Below, piece after piece: positions 18,850 to 27,431 of a DNA stretch of 64,000 nucleotides. Below the pieces are notes generated by a model. It was not told the origin of the DNA. It saw nothing but the letters and a program-made list of their open reading frames with translations, and made no database searches. The position numbers were made by a program, and so were the translations under genes. Origin of the DNA: a virus; the IMG/VR virus record IMGVR_UViG_3300023296_001674. One strand, given 5' to 3'. Within the stretch, counting starts at the first letter, position 1. Each line of letters opens with the position of its first letter.

Positions 18850-19050
18850 ATGTTAGTTCAATTATCCGGTAAAACAAACCACGGCAAAAACCGTATTCGT
18901 GAACATGGTTCGAGTTGGATGGTTCAAGACCTTCCGACTGGTGTAATATCAGCAAACCCAATGCCTACCCGCAAAACCCTAGTGTCTGTTTTAACAGGCG
19001 CGGAACGTTGGGTGAGTATGACAAACGATAAAGATTTTATTATCGCTTGA
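18850..19050 (+). CDS. hypothetical protein
   Basis: Track ORF trimmed; palindromic promoter cassette G3 ~18795-18840; RBS aaggag. Confidence 0.5.
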   Translation: MLVQLSGKTNHGKNRIREHGSSWMVQDLPTGVISANPMPTRKTLVSVLTGAERWVSMTNDKDFIIA

Positions 19051-19109
19051 CTCTGATTCGATTGTTCTTTATAACTGAATAATCAAAACAACCCCGAAGG
19101 ATTAAGCAA

Positions 19110-19448
19110 ATGACAGGCATGAATTTTTCAGTATATCGTAACGGACGCGGCGACACTACTAACGGCGGCGTTTCCAGTTATCACGAGTCGCTGAACGTAT
19201 GCGCCGAAGGCATTGCGGAAATCTTTGACGCGACGTATGACACTCCAGCGGTTGCGCTTGTTATTCGTAATGTTTGCAACACCGCTTTTCCGATCATCGT
19301 TCCCATTGACAGCACTGAGGCAGGTGGGACAGAGCGTTACATGTTCGGCGGTAACTTTGCATGGACTTCCGATTCCCGTGTTTCGGAATGGTTGGAAGAA
19401 CGCGGATTTACAAACGCCCCAATCAAAATATTTGACCGACAGGAGTAG
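19110..19448 (+). CDS. hypothetical protein
   Basis: ORF track; G3 promoter ~19048-19078. Confidence 0.55.
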   Translation: MTGMNFSVYRNGRGDTTNGGVSSYHESLNVCAEGIAEIFDATYDTPAVALVIRNVCNTAFPIIVPIDSTEAGGTERYMFGGNFAWTSDSRVSEWLEERGFTNAPIKIFDRQE

Positions 19449-19451
19449 GCA

Positions 19452-19556
19452 ATGAGAAACGAAGGCACACTCGAAGAACGATATGAAATTTATAAAACCA
19501 ACGCGGAACTTTTGGGTTGGTACATTAAAACTTTTGATGAATGGATGAACAGCTAA
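19452..19556 (+). CDS. small protein (34 aa)
   Basis: Not in track; RBS caggag; MRNEGTLEERYEIYKTNAELLGWYIKTFDEWMNS; followed by terminator 19560-19588. Confidence 0.35.
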   Translation: MRNEGTLEERYEIYKTNAELLGWYIKTFDEWMNS

Positions 19557-19608
19557 AAAGGAGACGGGGTTCGCCCCGTTTTCTTTTAGGTATATATTCC
19601 AGAAAAAA

Positions 19609-19655
19609 CTCATCCCTCCCTACCGTAATAATACCACAATCAACCAAAGAGTCAA
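19609..19655 (-). repeat. E-element copy 4, minus orientation
   Basis: plus: aaaaaaCTCATCCCTCCCTACCGtAATAAT..N17..AGTCAA. Confidence 0.6.
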
Positions 19656-19671
19656 GCGTTAAAGACAAAAA

Positions 19672-19788
19672 AAGACCCGCCAATTATTAGCGAGTCTTTT
19701 TTCTTTCTCAGGGTACGCCCTCCGATAGCCGAAGGGCAAAATGAATTCGCTACTTAACCGATCCCTCAATTATTTTCGCTGCATCAGA
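19672..19788 (-). ncRNA. candidate ~115-nt minus-strand small RNA (promoter-to-terminator unit, no ORF)
   Basis: Minus-strand TTGACT-N17-TATATT (plus 19795-19823) reads leftward into hairpin gactcgc-taataattg-gcgggtc+T7 (plus 19673-19702); internal GCCCUUCGGC..GGGC structure; no plausible ORF. Confidence 0.3.
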
Positions 19789-19899
19789 AGTTATAATATA
19801 CCACCTACATTAAAAAGAGTCAACATCTATTATTCGCTTGACTATGGTTCAGTTATGTTCTATGTTTAATCATCAATAACAAATAGAAAGGTTTCAACC

Positions 19900-20445
19900 A
19901 TGAAAATCAAACACGCAAAATTCGGACTGGCAGCAAAGAACATCAAGGTATCTGATACGGATGATGGATATATGTGGAGTGCATCTTTTTATCTTGATGG
20001 TGCAAAAATTGGAACTGCACACGATCAAGGGCATGGCGGCGAAATGAATACACGCGGCATAGATAAAACGGCAATGGCGAAAATCGAAACATATGCGGCA
20101 AGTTTGCCACATGATACCACTTACGGACTCGATATGGCACAAAGTGCCGAAATTGTTCTTGAAGAAAACGCAATGAGTACCGATTCATTCAACAGCGTTC
20201 TAAAGAAAACAAAAGCCGCATTGCGAAAGAAAGTTATGGCAAAAGGTAATAAAGAAGGAATTTTTCGCACTTGGAAAATTCCCACTGGTATGACTGCTGA
20301 AACGAAAATGACTAAACTCCGCGAACAAAAAATCGGTGAAACGTTTGAATTTTTGAACGAACTACCACCAGAAGATGCAATGGATTTTCTTTATGTGGTT
20401 GAACCAGAACCCGATTTTAGCAAGCCGTTTGAACTGGTAACATAA
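19900..20445 (+). CDS. hypothetical protein
   Basis: ORF track; promoter TTGACT ~19838; terminator 20453-20482. Confidence 0.6.
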   Translation: MKIKHAKFGLAAKNIKVSDTDDGYMWSASFYLDGAKIGTAHDQGHGGEMNTRGIDKTAMAKIETYAASLPHDTTYGLDMAQSAEIVLEENAMSTDSFNSVLKKTKAALRKKVMAKGNKEGIFRTWKIPTGMTAETKMTKLREQKIGETFEFLNELPPEDAMDFLYVVEPEPDFSKPFELVT

Positions 20446-20506
20446 GTAAAACAAAGGGTGGGGATATTCCCCATCCTTTTTTACATCCATTAACATCCAT
20501 AAAATG

Positions 20507-20554
20507 CTCATCCCTCCCTATCATCACAATACGACCTAACTGTATCAAAGTCAA
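20507..20554 (-). repeat. E-element copy 5, minus orientation
   Basis: plus: aaaatGCTCATCCCTCCCTATCAtCACAAT...AGTCAA. Confidence 0.55.
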
Positions 20555-20618
20555 CACTTATTTTTCACTTGACATATAATATTTTAATGGTATTATACTT
20601 ACAGAAAGGACAAAAATT

Positions 20619-20924
20619 ATGAAACGATTATTAGTAATAGCCGCAGCATTATTAATTATTTCTTCTAATGTTGCAAAAGCAGAACCAGAAATCACTTATG
20701 AGAAATGCACTTCATCGTTGGTGAATGGATTTACATCTGGTATAACTGCATTCAAATGCAATGACAAATACTCCCTTCCGAGTGCATTCATGTATAAGTG
20801 TTCGTATATTGAAAAATATCCTAACAATAAAACACTTGTGGAAGAATGTGAAATATTTTTGAAATCATTGAAGGCTAAACGCCTCAGTCGATTAATGCGC
20901 CAAGGTAAAAAAATATCAATATAA
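20619..20924 (+). CDS. secreted Cys-containing small protein
   Basis: Signal peptide MKRLLVIAAALLIISSNVAKA; promoter TTGACA-N17-TATTAT ~20566-20595. Confidence 0.55.
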   Translation: MKRLLVIAAALLIISSNVAKAEPEITYEKCTSSLVNGFTSGITAFKCNDKYSLPSAFMYKCSYIEKYPNNKTLVEECEIFLKSLKAKRLSRLMRQGKKISI

Positions 20925-20934
20925 GGAGTCGACC

Positions 20935-21186
20935 ATGCGATCCAATGAAGTAATATTTTACAGAACCATAAATATATTTTTTGGTATATATCAATGGTTT
21001 ACCGAACATGATTTTCTACGTTGTTTCGCGATAGGATTGTCATCTTTATATCTTCTTATCGCGTTTATATCGTGGGACTTAATGTGGGTTTCGTTTGTTA
21101 CAACGGATGCCAGATTAGAATTCGTGTTTTATACGTTTATTTCCATCGTTATTTCTTGGGCAGTTTGGGGAATTAAATACAAATAA
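20935..21186 (+). CDS. membrane protein
   Basis: ORF track; RBS aaggag; hydrophobic. Confidence 0.55.
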   Translation: MRSNEVIFYRTINIFFGIYQWFTEHDFLRCFAIGLSSLYLLIAFISWDLMWVSFVTTDARLEFVFYTFISIVISWAVWGIKYK

Positions 21187-21250
21187 TCATTGACACCGCC
21201 TATCTTTCTTGCTAAGTTCTAATCATCAATCAAACAAAAGGAACTGAACC

Positions 21251-21511
21251 ATGAAATTCATATATAAAGATTTAACAGTTTGCGATTTCGATGCGATGTG
21301 TGATATGTTCGCGTCAAACTGCGAAGTGGTCGATTACGTTTATTATGACGGCGAATACGTTGTCGGTGATATCACCGGTATAACAAGTGACCGCCGTTTC
21401 GTGTTAAGTGTGGATGGCGTTGGAACTGAATTGTATTCTAATGCTGGCACGATGTTCGCCGTTGAAGATTATGGTTCTGAAATGCAGGTTCGTATTATTT
21501 CTATAAAATAA
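21251..21511 (+). CDS. hypothetical protein
   Basis: ORF track; promoter TTGACA ~21190. Confidence 0.55.
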   Translation: MKFIYKDLTVCDFDAMCDMFASNCEVVDYVYYDGEYVVGDITGITSDRRFVLSVDGVGTELYSNAGTMFAVEDYGSEMQVRIISIK

Positions 21512-21570
21512 CTGTTGACTCTGGTGTAGTTAGTTCGTATATTAACTACACCAGAACAAAGGAACTGAAT

Positions 21571-21786
21571 ATGCAAAACGCAATCGAACAAGCGACGCAC
21601 CTCGGAATTCAATCATTTAACTCGGGCGAGTCGCTTGTGCCATTCCGCAATAATTCATTGATGGATTTGCTGGAAACACAACGAAATCGCTCATGGGATT
21701 GCACCCCGATTTTAACTGCATATCAAAACGGATTCATAACCGCGCAACAATCTGCGCCCGTACCGGAGGAATTGTTAGTTGCGTAA
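21571..21786 (+). CDS. hypothetical protein
   Basis: ORF track; palindromic promoter cassette G2 ~21516-21555. Confidence 0.55.
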   Translation: MQNAIEQATHLGIQSFNSGESLVPFRNNSLMDLLETQRNRSWDCTPILTAYQNGFITAQQSAPVPEELLVA

Positions 21787-21793
21787 AAACCCC

Positions 21794-21822
21794 TTGACTC
21801 TGGTTCAGTTAGTTGCTATAAC
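21794..21822 (+). promoter_or_regulatory. sigma70-type early promoter, cassette family G1
   Basis: cccTTGACTctggttcagttagttgcTATAACtgtatcaacttaacccgaaaggaacacacaATG. Confidence 0.6.
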
Positions 21823-21852
21823 TGTATCAACTTAACCCGAAAGGAACACACA

Positions 21853-22278
21853 ATGTCTGATGAACTTCCAGTAACACAAACGAAAATCTTGCGCGAAGGT
21901 TTTGTCGCATGTTATGAACACAGAATATGGGGAACTGGATATTTGGACTCCAGCGGCGGAGGTAATTCATTTGTTCAAAAATTGCCCGATAACAAAATTC
22001 GTGACGATATTGAAAAGGCTAATAACGACGCCAAAAGCATCAAATCGATGACAAATTATTATGGCAAAGAACAGGTATCATTCGATACAGTTAAGGTCGT
22101 TTATTATATGGAACGTGCCACACACACAGACGTCACGAATGAAACCGTGTTGAAAAATTTCATCGCTGAACGCGCCTTGAAAAAACTATCCGAGGCCGAA
22201 GTCGAAGCACTTCAAGAATATTATCGATCAGCGGCGATCAGCGAAGATGATGGTCGCCACGGAATGCAAACCCGATAA
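21853..22278 (+). CDS. hypothetical protein
   Basis: ORF track. Confidence 0.6.
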   Translation: MSDELPVTQTKILREGFVACYEHRIWGTGYLDSSGGGNSFVQKLPDNKIRDDIEKANNDAKSIKSMTNYYGKEQVSFDTVKVVYYMERATHTDVTNETVLKNFIAERALKKLSEAEVEALQEYYRSAAISEDDGRHGMQTR

Positions 22279-22348
22279 TAACTGTTGACAATGGTGTAGT
22301 TATATCGTATAACTACATCAACGTTTAACCACTTAAAGGATTTCAATC

Positions 22349-22885
22349 ATGGGAACTTGGGCTGTACCATTTACCGAAAAACAAGCAAACGAACTTCGTG
22401 TTATCATGTCAAAGCATGTTGACGTAAAAGACGCCGCCGAGGTATTTTATAATTATGTTGGCGATGATGGGTTGTTTGATTTGTTCATTGATACCGAACG
22501 CAAAAATGGTTCCGAACAAGATTCTCGTGCGTATGTTATGGATCATTTACAAACTTGGTTTGGTGCAACTGGTGATAGCGAACAGGTTCGCAAAGATTGG
22601 AATTTTAGCCAAAAATTCGAACCGGGCGCACTTGATATCATTCGCCTAATGCTTACCGATTGGCATTTGGATACTACATTTCCAAAATGCACAGAACTAA
22701 GCGCGACAAGTATGTTAAACGGTCTTGCGCAAATGTTGGAGACCGATGGTTGGGATTCATTGAGAGAAACCGGCGTCGAAATTGAACAAATAAGTGTTGC
22801 GCTGAATGGCATCATGTATTTAACCCTTGGCGATGGTAGCGGAAATAGAAAGGCGTTTCGTGTTTCTGTTGTTGACGACGAATAA
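22349..22885 (+). CDS. hypothetical protein
   Basis: ORF track; palindromic promoter ~22280-22320. Confidence 0.6.
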   Translation: MGTWAVPFTEKQANELRVIMSKHVDVKDAAEVFYNYVGDDGLFDLFIDTERKNGSEQDSRAYVMDHLQTWFGATGDSEQVRKDWNFSQKFEPGALDIIRLMLTDWHLDTTFPKCTELSATSMLNGLAQMLETDGWDSLRETGVEIEQISVALNGIMYLTLGDGSGNRKAFRVSVVDDE

Positions 22886-22951
22886 CCCTTGACACTGGTT
22901 CAGTTAATCGCTATAACTTAATCAACGAAACACCAACAGAAAGACAATCAA

Positions 22952-23248
22952 ATGTCAATCGGACAAACAATCATTAGCCAGATCAACGAAATCGATTTTT
23001 GGGCACGCGCCCGTTGGGGTGTAACCGGTGGAACTGGACGAAGACCCATCAAAATCGAGAACGGCGTTAAGTTCAAAACGTGCGGAATAGTTAAGTGGAA
23101 AGGTTGGGTTTCAATTACCCTGAACGGTATGGACACTTATGATATCTCATTCTTTCGTATTCGTGCCGGTGAAATTAGGGTTGACAAGGTGGTTAATAAT
23201 GTTTACAATGACCAACTTGTAACAATCATTGACGAACAGGTTGGTTAA
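22952..23248 (+). CDS. hypothetical protein
   Basis: ORF track; G1-like promoter ~22891-22920. Confidence 0.55.
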   Translation: MSIGQTIISQINEIDFWARARWGVTGGTGRRPIKIENGVKFKTCGIVKWKGWVSITLNGMDTYDISFFRIRAGEIRVDKVVNNVYNDQLVTIIDEQVG

Positions 23249-23249
23249 A

Positions 23250-23420
23250 ATGGATATACTTTTAAGTTTTTTCTTCGGATACATATATTTAATATGTTTT
23301 ATGGTTAGAATATCATGGATTGATACATTTCCAATTAGGAATTGGAAAGATTTGATCTTGCTTCAAACTTCCACTTATCGCCATTACGACGGCACGGAAT
23401 CTAAATCTAGGAAATACTAA
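23250..23420 (+). CDS. small membrane protein
   Basis: Track ORF 23229..23420 trimmed; hydrophobic. Confidence 0.4.
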   Translation: MDILLSFFFGYIYLICFMVRISWIDTFPIRNWKDLILLQTSTYRHYDGTESKSRKY

Positions 23421-23683
23421 TGACTGAATATCGCATTGTAACAACACATGATGAAACCAAAGTGACGATTGACGAGCAAACTGCGAGTCAGCTTGCATTG
23501 GCTTCAAATGGTGAATGGACACACGAAACCTTTACGAAGGCTGGTAAATGCAGAGTCCTTGTATTTACTGAAAACCATTCATTGGCTGAACGCGACTATT
23601 GGGGCAACGCCAAAATGGTTGTATATATCAATCCTAACGATAAAATGGTTGTTATCGAAAAAGACTTGACACTGTATCGCTAA
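23420..23683 (+). CDS. hypothetical protein
   Basis: ORF track; TAATG coupling. Confidence 0.55.
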   Translation: MTEYRIVTTHDETKVTIDEQTASQLALASNGEWTHETFTKAGKCRVLVFTENHSLAERDYWGNAKMVVYINPNDKMVVIEKDLTLYR

Positions 23684-23728
23684 GACGCTAAGTTCTAATC
23701 ATCGAAACACAAACAGAAAGCAAAACCA

Positions 23729-24010
23729 ATGACCGACGAAACCGAAACCCCCGAATTGATTTCAGTTACAGAATTTTACAAACGGACGGTTAGTTTCCGT
23801 GAAAAATTCGGAACCAAACTCGAGCCGGAAATGTATGCAAATCTCAGCAAGATGTATACGATATCCTACTTTCGAATGGATAACAAAGACCCAATGTGGG
23901 ACGTCGCCGTTGAGATCTATCAATCAACTATCGATGAATTTCATCGCCGTATGGAAATGATGGGATACCCCGACATCACTGAATATGAAATGGTCGAAGA
24001 CAATGGCTGA
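23729..24010 (+). CDS. hypothetical protein
   Basis: ORF track; promoter TTGACA ~23668. Confidence 0.55.
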   Translation: MTDETETPELISVTEFYKRTVSFREKFGTKLEPEMYANLSKMYTISYFRMDNKDPMWDVAVEIYQSTIDEFHRRMEMMGYPDITEYEMVEDNG

Positions 24011-24209
24011 TTCAGAACGCGACTGTTTGCTGGTGTTCGCTGGTGAAACTCATTATCCCCTTGGTGGTTACGAGGACTGTAAAGGTATGTTCACCAGCGA
24101 AGCGCAAGCAATGGAACACATCGCAAAAATACATTGTGAATGGTGGCAAGTGTGTCGCATGGATGAACTAATTGGTATGGTTCTTATTAATAGCGGCAAA
24201 CGAAAATAA
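24003..24209 (+). CDS. hypothetical protein
   Basis: Track ORF 23985..24209 trimmed to ATG overlapping upstream stop (ATGGCTGA). Confidence 0.45.
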   Translation: MADSERDCLLVFAGETHYPLGGYEDCKGMFTSEAQAMEHIAKIHCEWWQVCRMDELIGMVLINSGKRK

Positions 24210-24273
24210 GTGCTTGACAGTGGTTCAGTTAATTGCTATGTTAAATCATCGAAACGAACAAAGGATGACCCAG

Positions 24274-24519
24274 ATGAGAAAAACAATTTTTGCTAACGTT
24301 GATCGCAAGCCTCACCAAGCACCCGGCGGCGAGTTTGAAGTTTTCGACACCGCCACTTCGATGACTATGACGACGGGTATGGGTTGGAAGGCAGCATGGG
24401 AAGAATTCGATAAACTCCACGTTGACGGCGATAACTTAGACGTTCGCCCAAGCACCCCAATTCCTGTTGTTGGTTTCGTTGGTAATATCAATCCGTTATT
24501 GTTGACCGAATTTCGTTAA
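24274..24519 (+). CDS. hypothetical protein
   Basis: Track ORF trimmed; G1-like promoter ~24210-24238; terminator ~24553-24597. Confidence 0.5.
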   Translation: MRKTIFANVDRKPHQAPGGEFEVFDTATSMTMTTGMGWKAAWEEFDKLHVDGDNLDVRPSTPIPVVGFVGNINPLLLTEFR

Positions 24520-24629
24520 AAGTTTCATGGTAAACTAAGGGTTTTCCCCTACCCGGTGAATTGAGCGCAAGTTCTTCATCGGGATTTTTTTGTCTTGACA
24601 TTATTAAAACGTCGTGGTATAGTTAAATC

Positions 24630-24743
24630 TAAATAGGGTGAAAGTTCAGTTAGACCTAGTTCAAGTAGCCCGAACATTATAAAGATGAATAATTCTTAAA
24701 CAAACATAAAGGGAAACACCGGAATGATTCCGGTGTTTTTTTG
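24630..24743 (+). ncRNA. candidate ~114-nt plus-strand small RNA
   Basis: TTGACA-N17-TATAGT (24595-24623) then no ORF beyond 4 codons, ending at hairpin aacaccggaatgattccggtgtt+T7 (24716-24743). Confidence 0.3.
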
Positions 24744-24750
24744 TCTGGAA

Positions 24751-24820
24751 CCCATAGCATCAACAGGTTTTTTCCTATAGCATCAACAGGTTTTTTCCTA
24801 TAGCATCTATGGAATTTTCC
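24751..24820. repeat. three tandem ~23-bp direct repeats (iteron-like)
   Basis: cccatagcatcaacaggttttttc / ctatagcatcaacaggttttttc / ctatagcatctatggaattttcc; CCATAG and its complement CTATGG recur through 24850. Confidence 0.6.
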
Positions 24821-24880
24821 CCTTGACTCCTATGGCTTTACTTGCTATGGTTCTATCAATTCAAACGAAAGGACAATATT

Positions 24881-25327
24881 ATGATTACCGGAAGTCGCGC
24901 ACGAATATTGGCAGAAACCACTTGGGGAACTGGTGGGACTCACTCTGCAAGAACCAATCGCAAAGGTGCATTCTATTATTCGTGTTCAGGACATGGTGGA
25001 TACATCGTCGACGGTAATGCCCTAACCGTTGCGGAGCGTGATCACATAGACCGATTTAAAAAACCTGAATATGTATGGGCAATTATCAACGATGAAACCA
25101 GTGCGGTTCGTAAAACATCGAACCCGTTTTCAACTAAACGTTTCTTTGCCCATATGCGCGTAGGTGAAAGACTGGACAAAAACTATCCGATTTATTATTT
25201 TGAAGAAGATTGCGACTGGTCAATCCTTGAAAAGTTCACTGACATTCGCGCAGGTGGTAAGGATACCGACGCAGATACAATTCTCAATATATTCTATCGC
25301 TGGTGCCATGATCGCGAGGCGGCATAA
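24881..25327 (+). CDS. hypothetical protein
   Basis: Track ORF trimmed; promoter TTGACT-N17-TATGGT ~24824-24852; followed by 13-bp perfect palindrome 25335-25362. Confidence 0.55.
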   Translation: MITGSRARILAETTWGTGGTHSARTNRKGAFYYSCSGHGGYIVDGNALTVAERDHIDRFKKPEYVWAIINDETSAVRKTSNPFSTKRFFAHMRVGERLDKNYPIYYFEEDCDWSILEKFTDIRAGGKDTDADTILNIFYRWCHDREAA

Positions 25328-25382
25328 AGTGATCAAAGAGGTTACATTTATGTAACCTCTTTGACTAACTTAAAATAGTTCT

Positions 25383-25428
25383 TGCATTATCGATTGACTC
25401 GTGTATGATCATATCAGGGAGGGATCAG
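25383..25428 (+). repeat. E-element copy (variant), plus orientation
   Basis: TTGCAT..TATGAT..catatCAGGGAGGGATCAGcg-T6. Confidence 0.45.
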
Positions 25429-25577
25429 CGTTTTTTATGGCGCAAGATTATTACAAAATTAAGTGAAACAAAGTAATAAAATAATGCATTATTCGGTTGA
25501 CCATGTTACAGTTATTTGCTATATTTAAATTGTTCCAAGGCACTAACGCCTAACACAGATTGAAAGGGAACCACAAA

Positions 25578-26054
25578 ATGTTAAACCGCAACCAAGTAAA
25601 TGAGATTTTAGCCCCGCTTAACGGAAACACGTTTATCGGCTTAACCGCCACAACGATTCCAAAATTAACTGGCGGCAAGAAAAACGATATGCAGGGTGAA
25701 ATCACCAAACGCACCGTTTCTGTTGTTCAGGTTTTCCAGAACAAATCCACGAACGGATATGAAAACAAGCGCTTGAAAGCGAATCCAGACTTCAAATTGG
25801 GTGATCGCCCTTGGGGAACACGCGTTAAAGGAACACCGTTCATTGAACATAAAGGCGCGGATTACATGGAAGTAATTTTCGTAAGCACCGATTCAGTTGA
25901 TTATTTTCGCAATGGCGAACCAATCGAAAAAGATCAAATCGTTGGTTTGCCTGCCAGCCGCCCCGCTGGTGATACGGATAATGTAATTATTCGAACATAT
26001 AAACTGGAAAGCATCGATTCACTTCGGGCGTTTGGGGCGGAATACACCGCCTAA
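25578..26054 (+). CDS. hypothetical protein
   Basis: Track ORF 25560 (TTG) trimmed to ATG after gaaagggaac; promoter TTGACC-N17-TATATT ~25499-25527. Confidence 0.55.
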   Translation: MLNRNQVNEILAPLNGNTFIGLTATTIPKLTGGKKNDMQGEITKRTVSVVQVFQNKSTNGYENKRLKANPDFKLGDRPWGTRVKGTPFIEHKGADYMEVIFVSTDSVDYFRNGEPIEKDQIVGLPASRPAGDTDNVIIRTYKLESIDSLRAFGAEYTA

Positions 26055-26069
26055 CCGATTCATACAAGG

Positions 26070-26104
26070 AAAAGAAAGTCAAGAGAAATCTTGACTTTCT
26101 TTTC
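26070..26104 (+). terminator. rho-independent terminator (repeated hairpin type containing TTGAC)
   Basis: gAAAGTCAAGAgaaaTCTTGACTTTCttttcg; same core hairpin at 27834-27872. Confidence 0.6.
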
Positions 26105-26152
26105 GATTCATTTGTTCACGTTTTGTTCTTATAAGATGATACCCAAAAAAAA

Positions 26153-26201
26153 CTCATCCCTCCCTGATACAAAATTACCACGTTTACCCCATACGAGTCA
26201 A
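26153..26201 (-). repeat. E-element copy 6, minus orientation
   Basis: plus: aaaaaaaaCTCATCCCTCCCTGATAC...GAGTCAA. Confidence 0.55.
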
Positions 26202-26292
26202 CACTTAATTTATTTTTATTTAGGGGGTTGACTCATCTGATGCCTACCTTTATAACTACAAATAGAAACCAACCACATAAGGAATTGCCCAC

Positions 26293-26595
26293 ATGAAAAA
26301 CACTTACATAAACGCAGTATTCTTTAATGTATCTAACGAAAACGGTTTGGATACGTTTGCCGATAAGGTCCAGAAAGCATTGGATTGCGAATTGTTTTAT
26401 TATGAAAATGGTAGGGAAATAGGCGTGGTTACGTGTGGCGGTTCCCCATCTGGCAAGGATTACCAGTTTGGCATGGGTGGTGGCAACTTTGATTTGGATC
26501 ATAACGTGGTGCTATATTCCGAACCCGCTACCGTGTTCGTTATGTTCGATGACGCTAGTGGTAGCAGGTGCGTTCAGCCAGTAAGCCACCGATAA
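26293..26595 (+). CDS. hypothetical protein
   Basis: ORF track; G4 promoter cassette catttagggggTTGACTcatctgatgcctaccttTATAAC ~26215-26252 (duplicated at 26716). Confidence 0.55.
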   Translation: MKNTYINAVFFNVSNENGLDTFADKVQKALDCELFYYENGREIGVVTCGGSPSGKDYQFGMGGGNFDLDHNVVLYSEPATVFVMFDDASGSRCVQPVSHR

Positions 26596-26648
26596 GAAAA
26601 GAAATCGGCGCGGGGGCAAATTAGCCCTTGCGCCTTTTTTTGTTTCGT

Positions 26649-26677
26649 GGTATAAAATCCGTAGGGGGGGATGAGCC
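26649..26677 (+). repeat. degenerate E-like box (GGGGGGG variant)
   Basis: gtggTATAAAatccGTAGGGGGGGATGAGCC. Confidence 0.3.
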
Positions 26678-26790
26678 GATTTTATCATCAAAATTTATTT
26701 TAATAATAGTGCATTTAGGGGGTTGACTCATCTGATGCCTACCTTTATAACTACAAATAGAAACCAACCACAACCCCGAAGGAACTTATC

Positions 26791-27168
26791 ATGCAAAAAG
26801 TAATCGCCCACATCGAAGCAATCAACGCAGCAACCGGCAGCACTTGGGTTTTGAACGCGGATCATTGGGCTGGCTACGAAATAACCACACCCGAAGCGTT
26901 TGATCGTTATGTGCTTACCACAAGCATTTGGGATGCATACAAATATGGCTTGGGCTTTAAGCCACACGGCATGATGATGGAAGCAATGAGCATGGAACAG
27001 TTGGAACGCGAACTGGAAAGCGTTCGCGCTTCAATCGATGCGAACGCCGAACACGAAGCCGAACGGGAACGGGTGAACAATTTCACTTGGCAAGAACATC
27101 TTGCTTGCGCCAACATGCCAGCAATGGCAAACGACTCCCCCTTCGCAGTGTTGCAGGGGGTGCGATAA
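26791..27168 (+). CDS. hypothetical protein
   Basis: ORF track; duplicated G4 promoter 26716-26753; terminator 27180-27206. Confidence 0.55.
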   Translation: MQKVIAHIEAINAATGSTWVLNADHWAGYEITTPEAFDRYVLTTSIWDAYKYGLGFKPHGMMMEAMSMEQLERELESVRASIDANAEHEAERERVNNFTWQEHLACANMPAMANDSPFAVLQGVR

Positions 27169-27228
27169 CCAACCGAAAGGGGCGGGGGATTTTCCCCCGT
27201 TTTTTCGCGCCAGCAATTCCAAAAAAAA

Positions 27229-27277
27229 GACATCCCTCCCTATGGTGATATTAGCACTATTGCCCAAACAGAGTCAA
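27229..27277 (-). repeat. E-element copy 8 (GACATCC variant), minus orientation
   Basis: plus: aaaaaaaaGACATCCCTCCCTATGGTGATATTA..N18..AGTCAA. Confidence 0.55.
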
Positions 27278-27333
27278 CACTTATTTTCGCCCCCAAATTT
27301 CAGGCATCACCCAATCTTACCACGTTTTCGAAT

Positions 27334-27375
27334 TACAAGTCAACCCCCTATTTTAATTCATTTAAGGGGTTGACT
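27334..27375. repeat. 11-bp perfect inverted repeat around promoter -35
   Basis: GAGTCAACCCCctattttaattcatttaaGGGGTTGACTC. Confidence 0.5.
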
Positions 27376-27431
27376 CTGTTTGGGTTGGGTAGTAATATCC
27401 CTTTATCAACTTAACAAAAGGAAACAAACAC

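Noticed and set aside
19128-19613. 161-aa minus-strand ORF starting MSFFW (similar MSFFW starts at the 8427 and 27229 E-elements, e.g. ORF 26907..27233)
   Set aside because: The shared N-terminus is just the translation of the conserved ATGAGCTTTTTTTGG of the E-element. The ORFs run antisense through well-supported plus-strand genes and their terminators. The SD-to-ATG spacing (0-1 nt) is non-functional.
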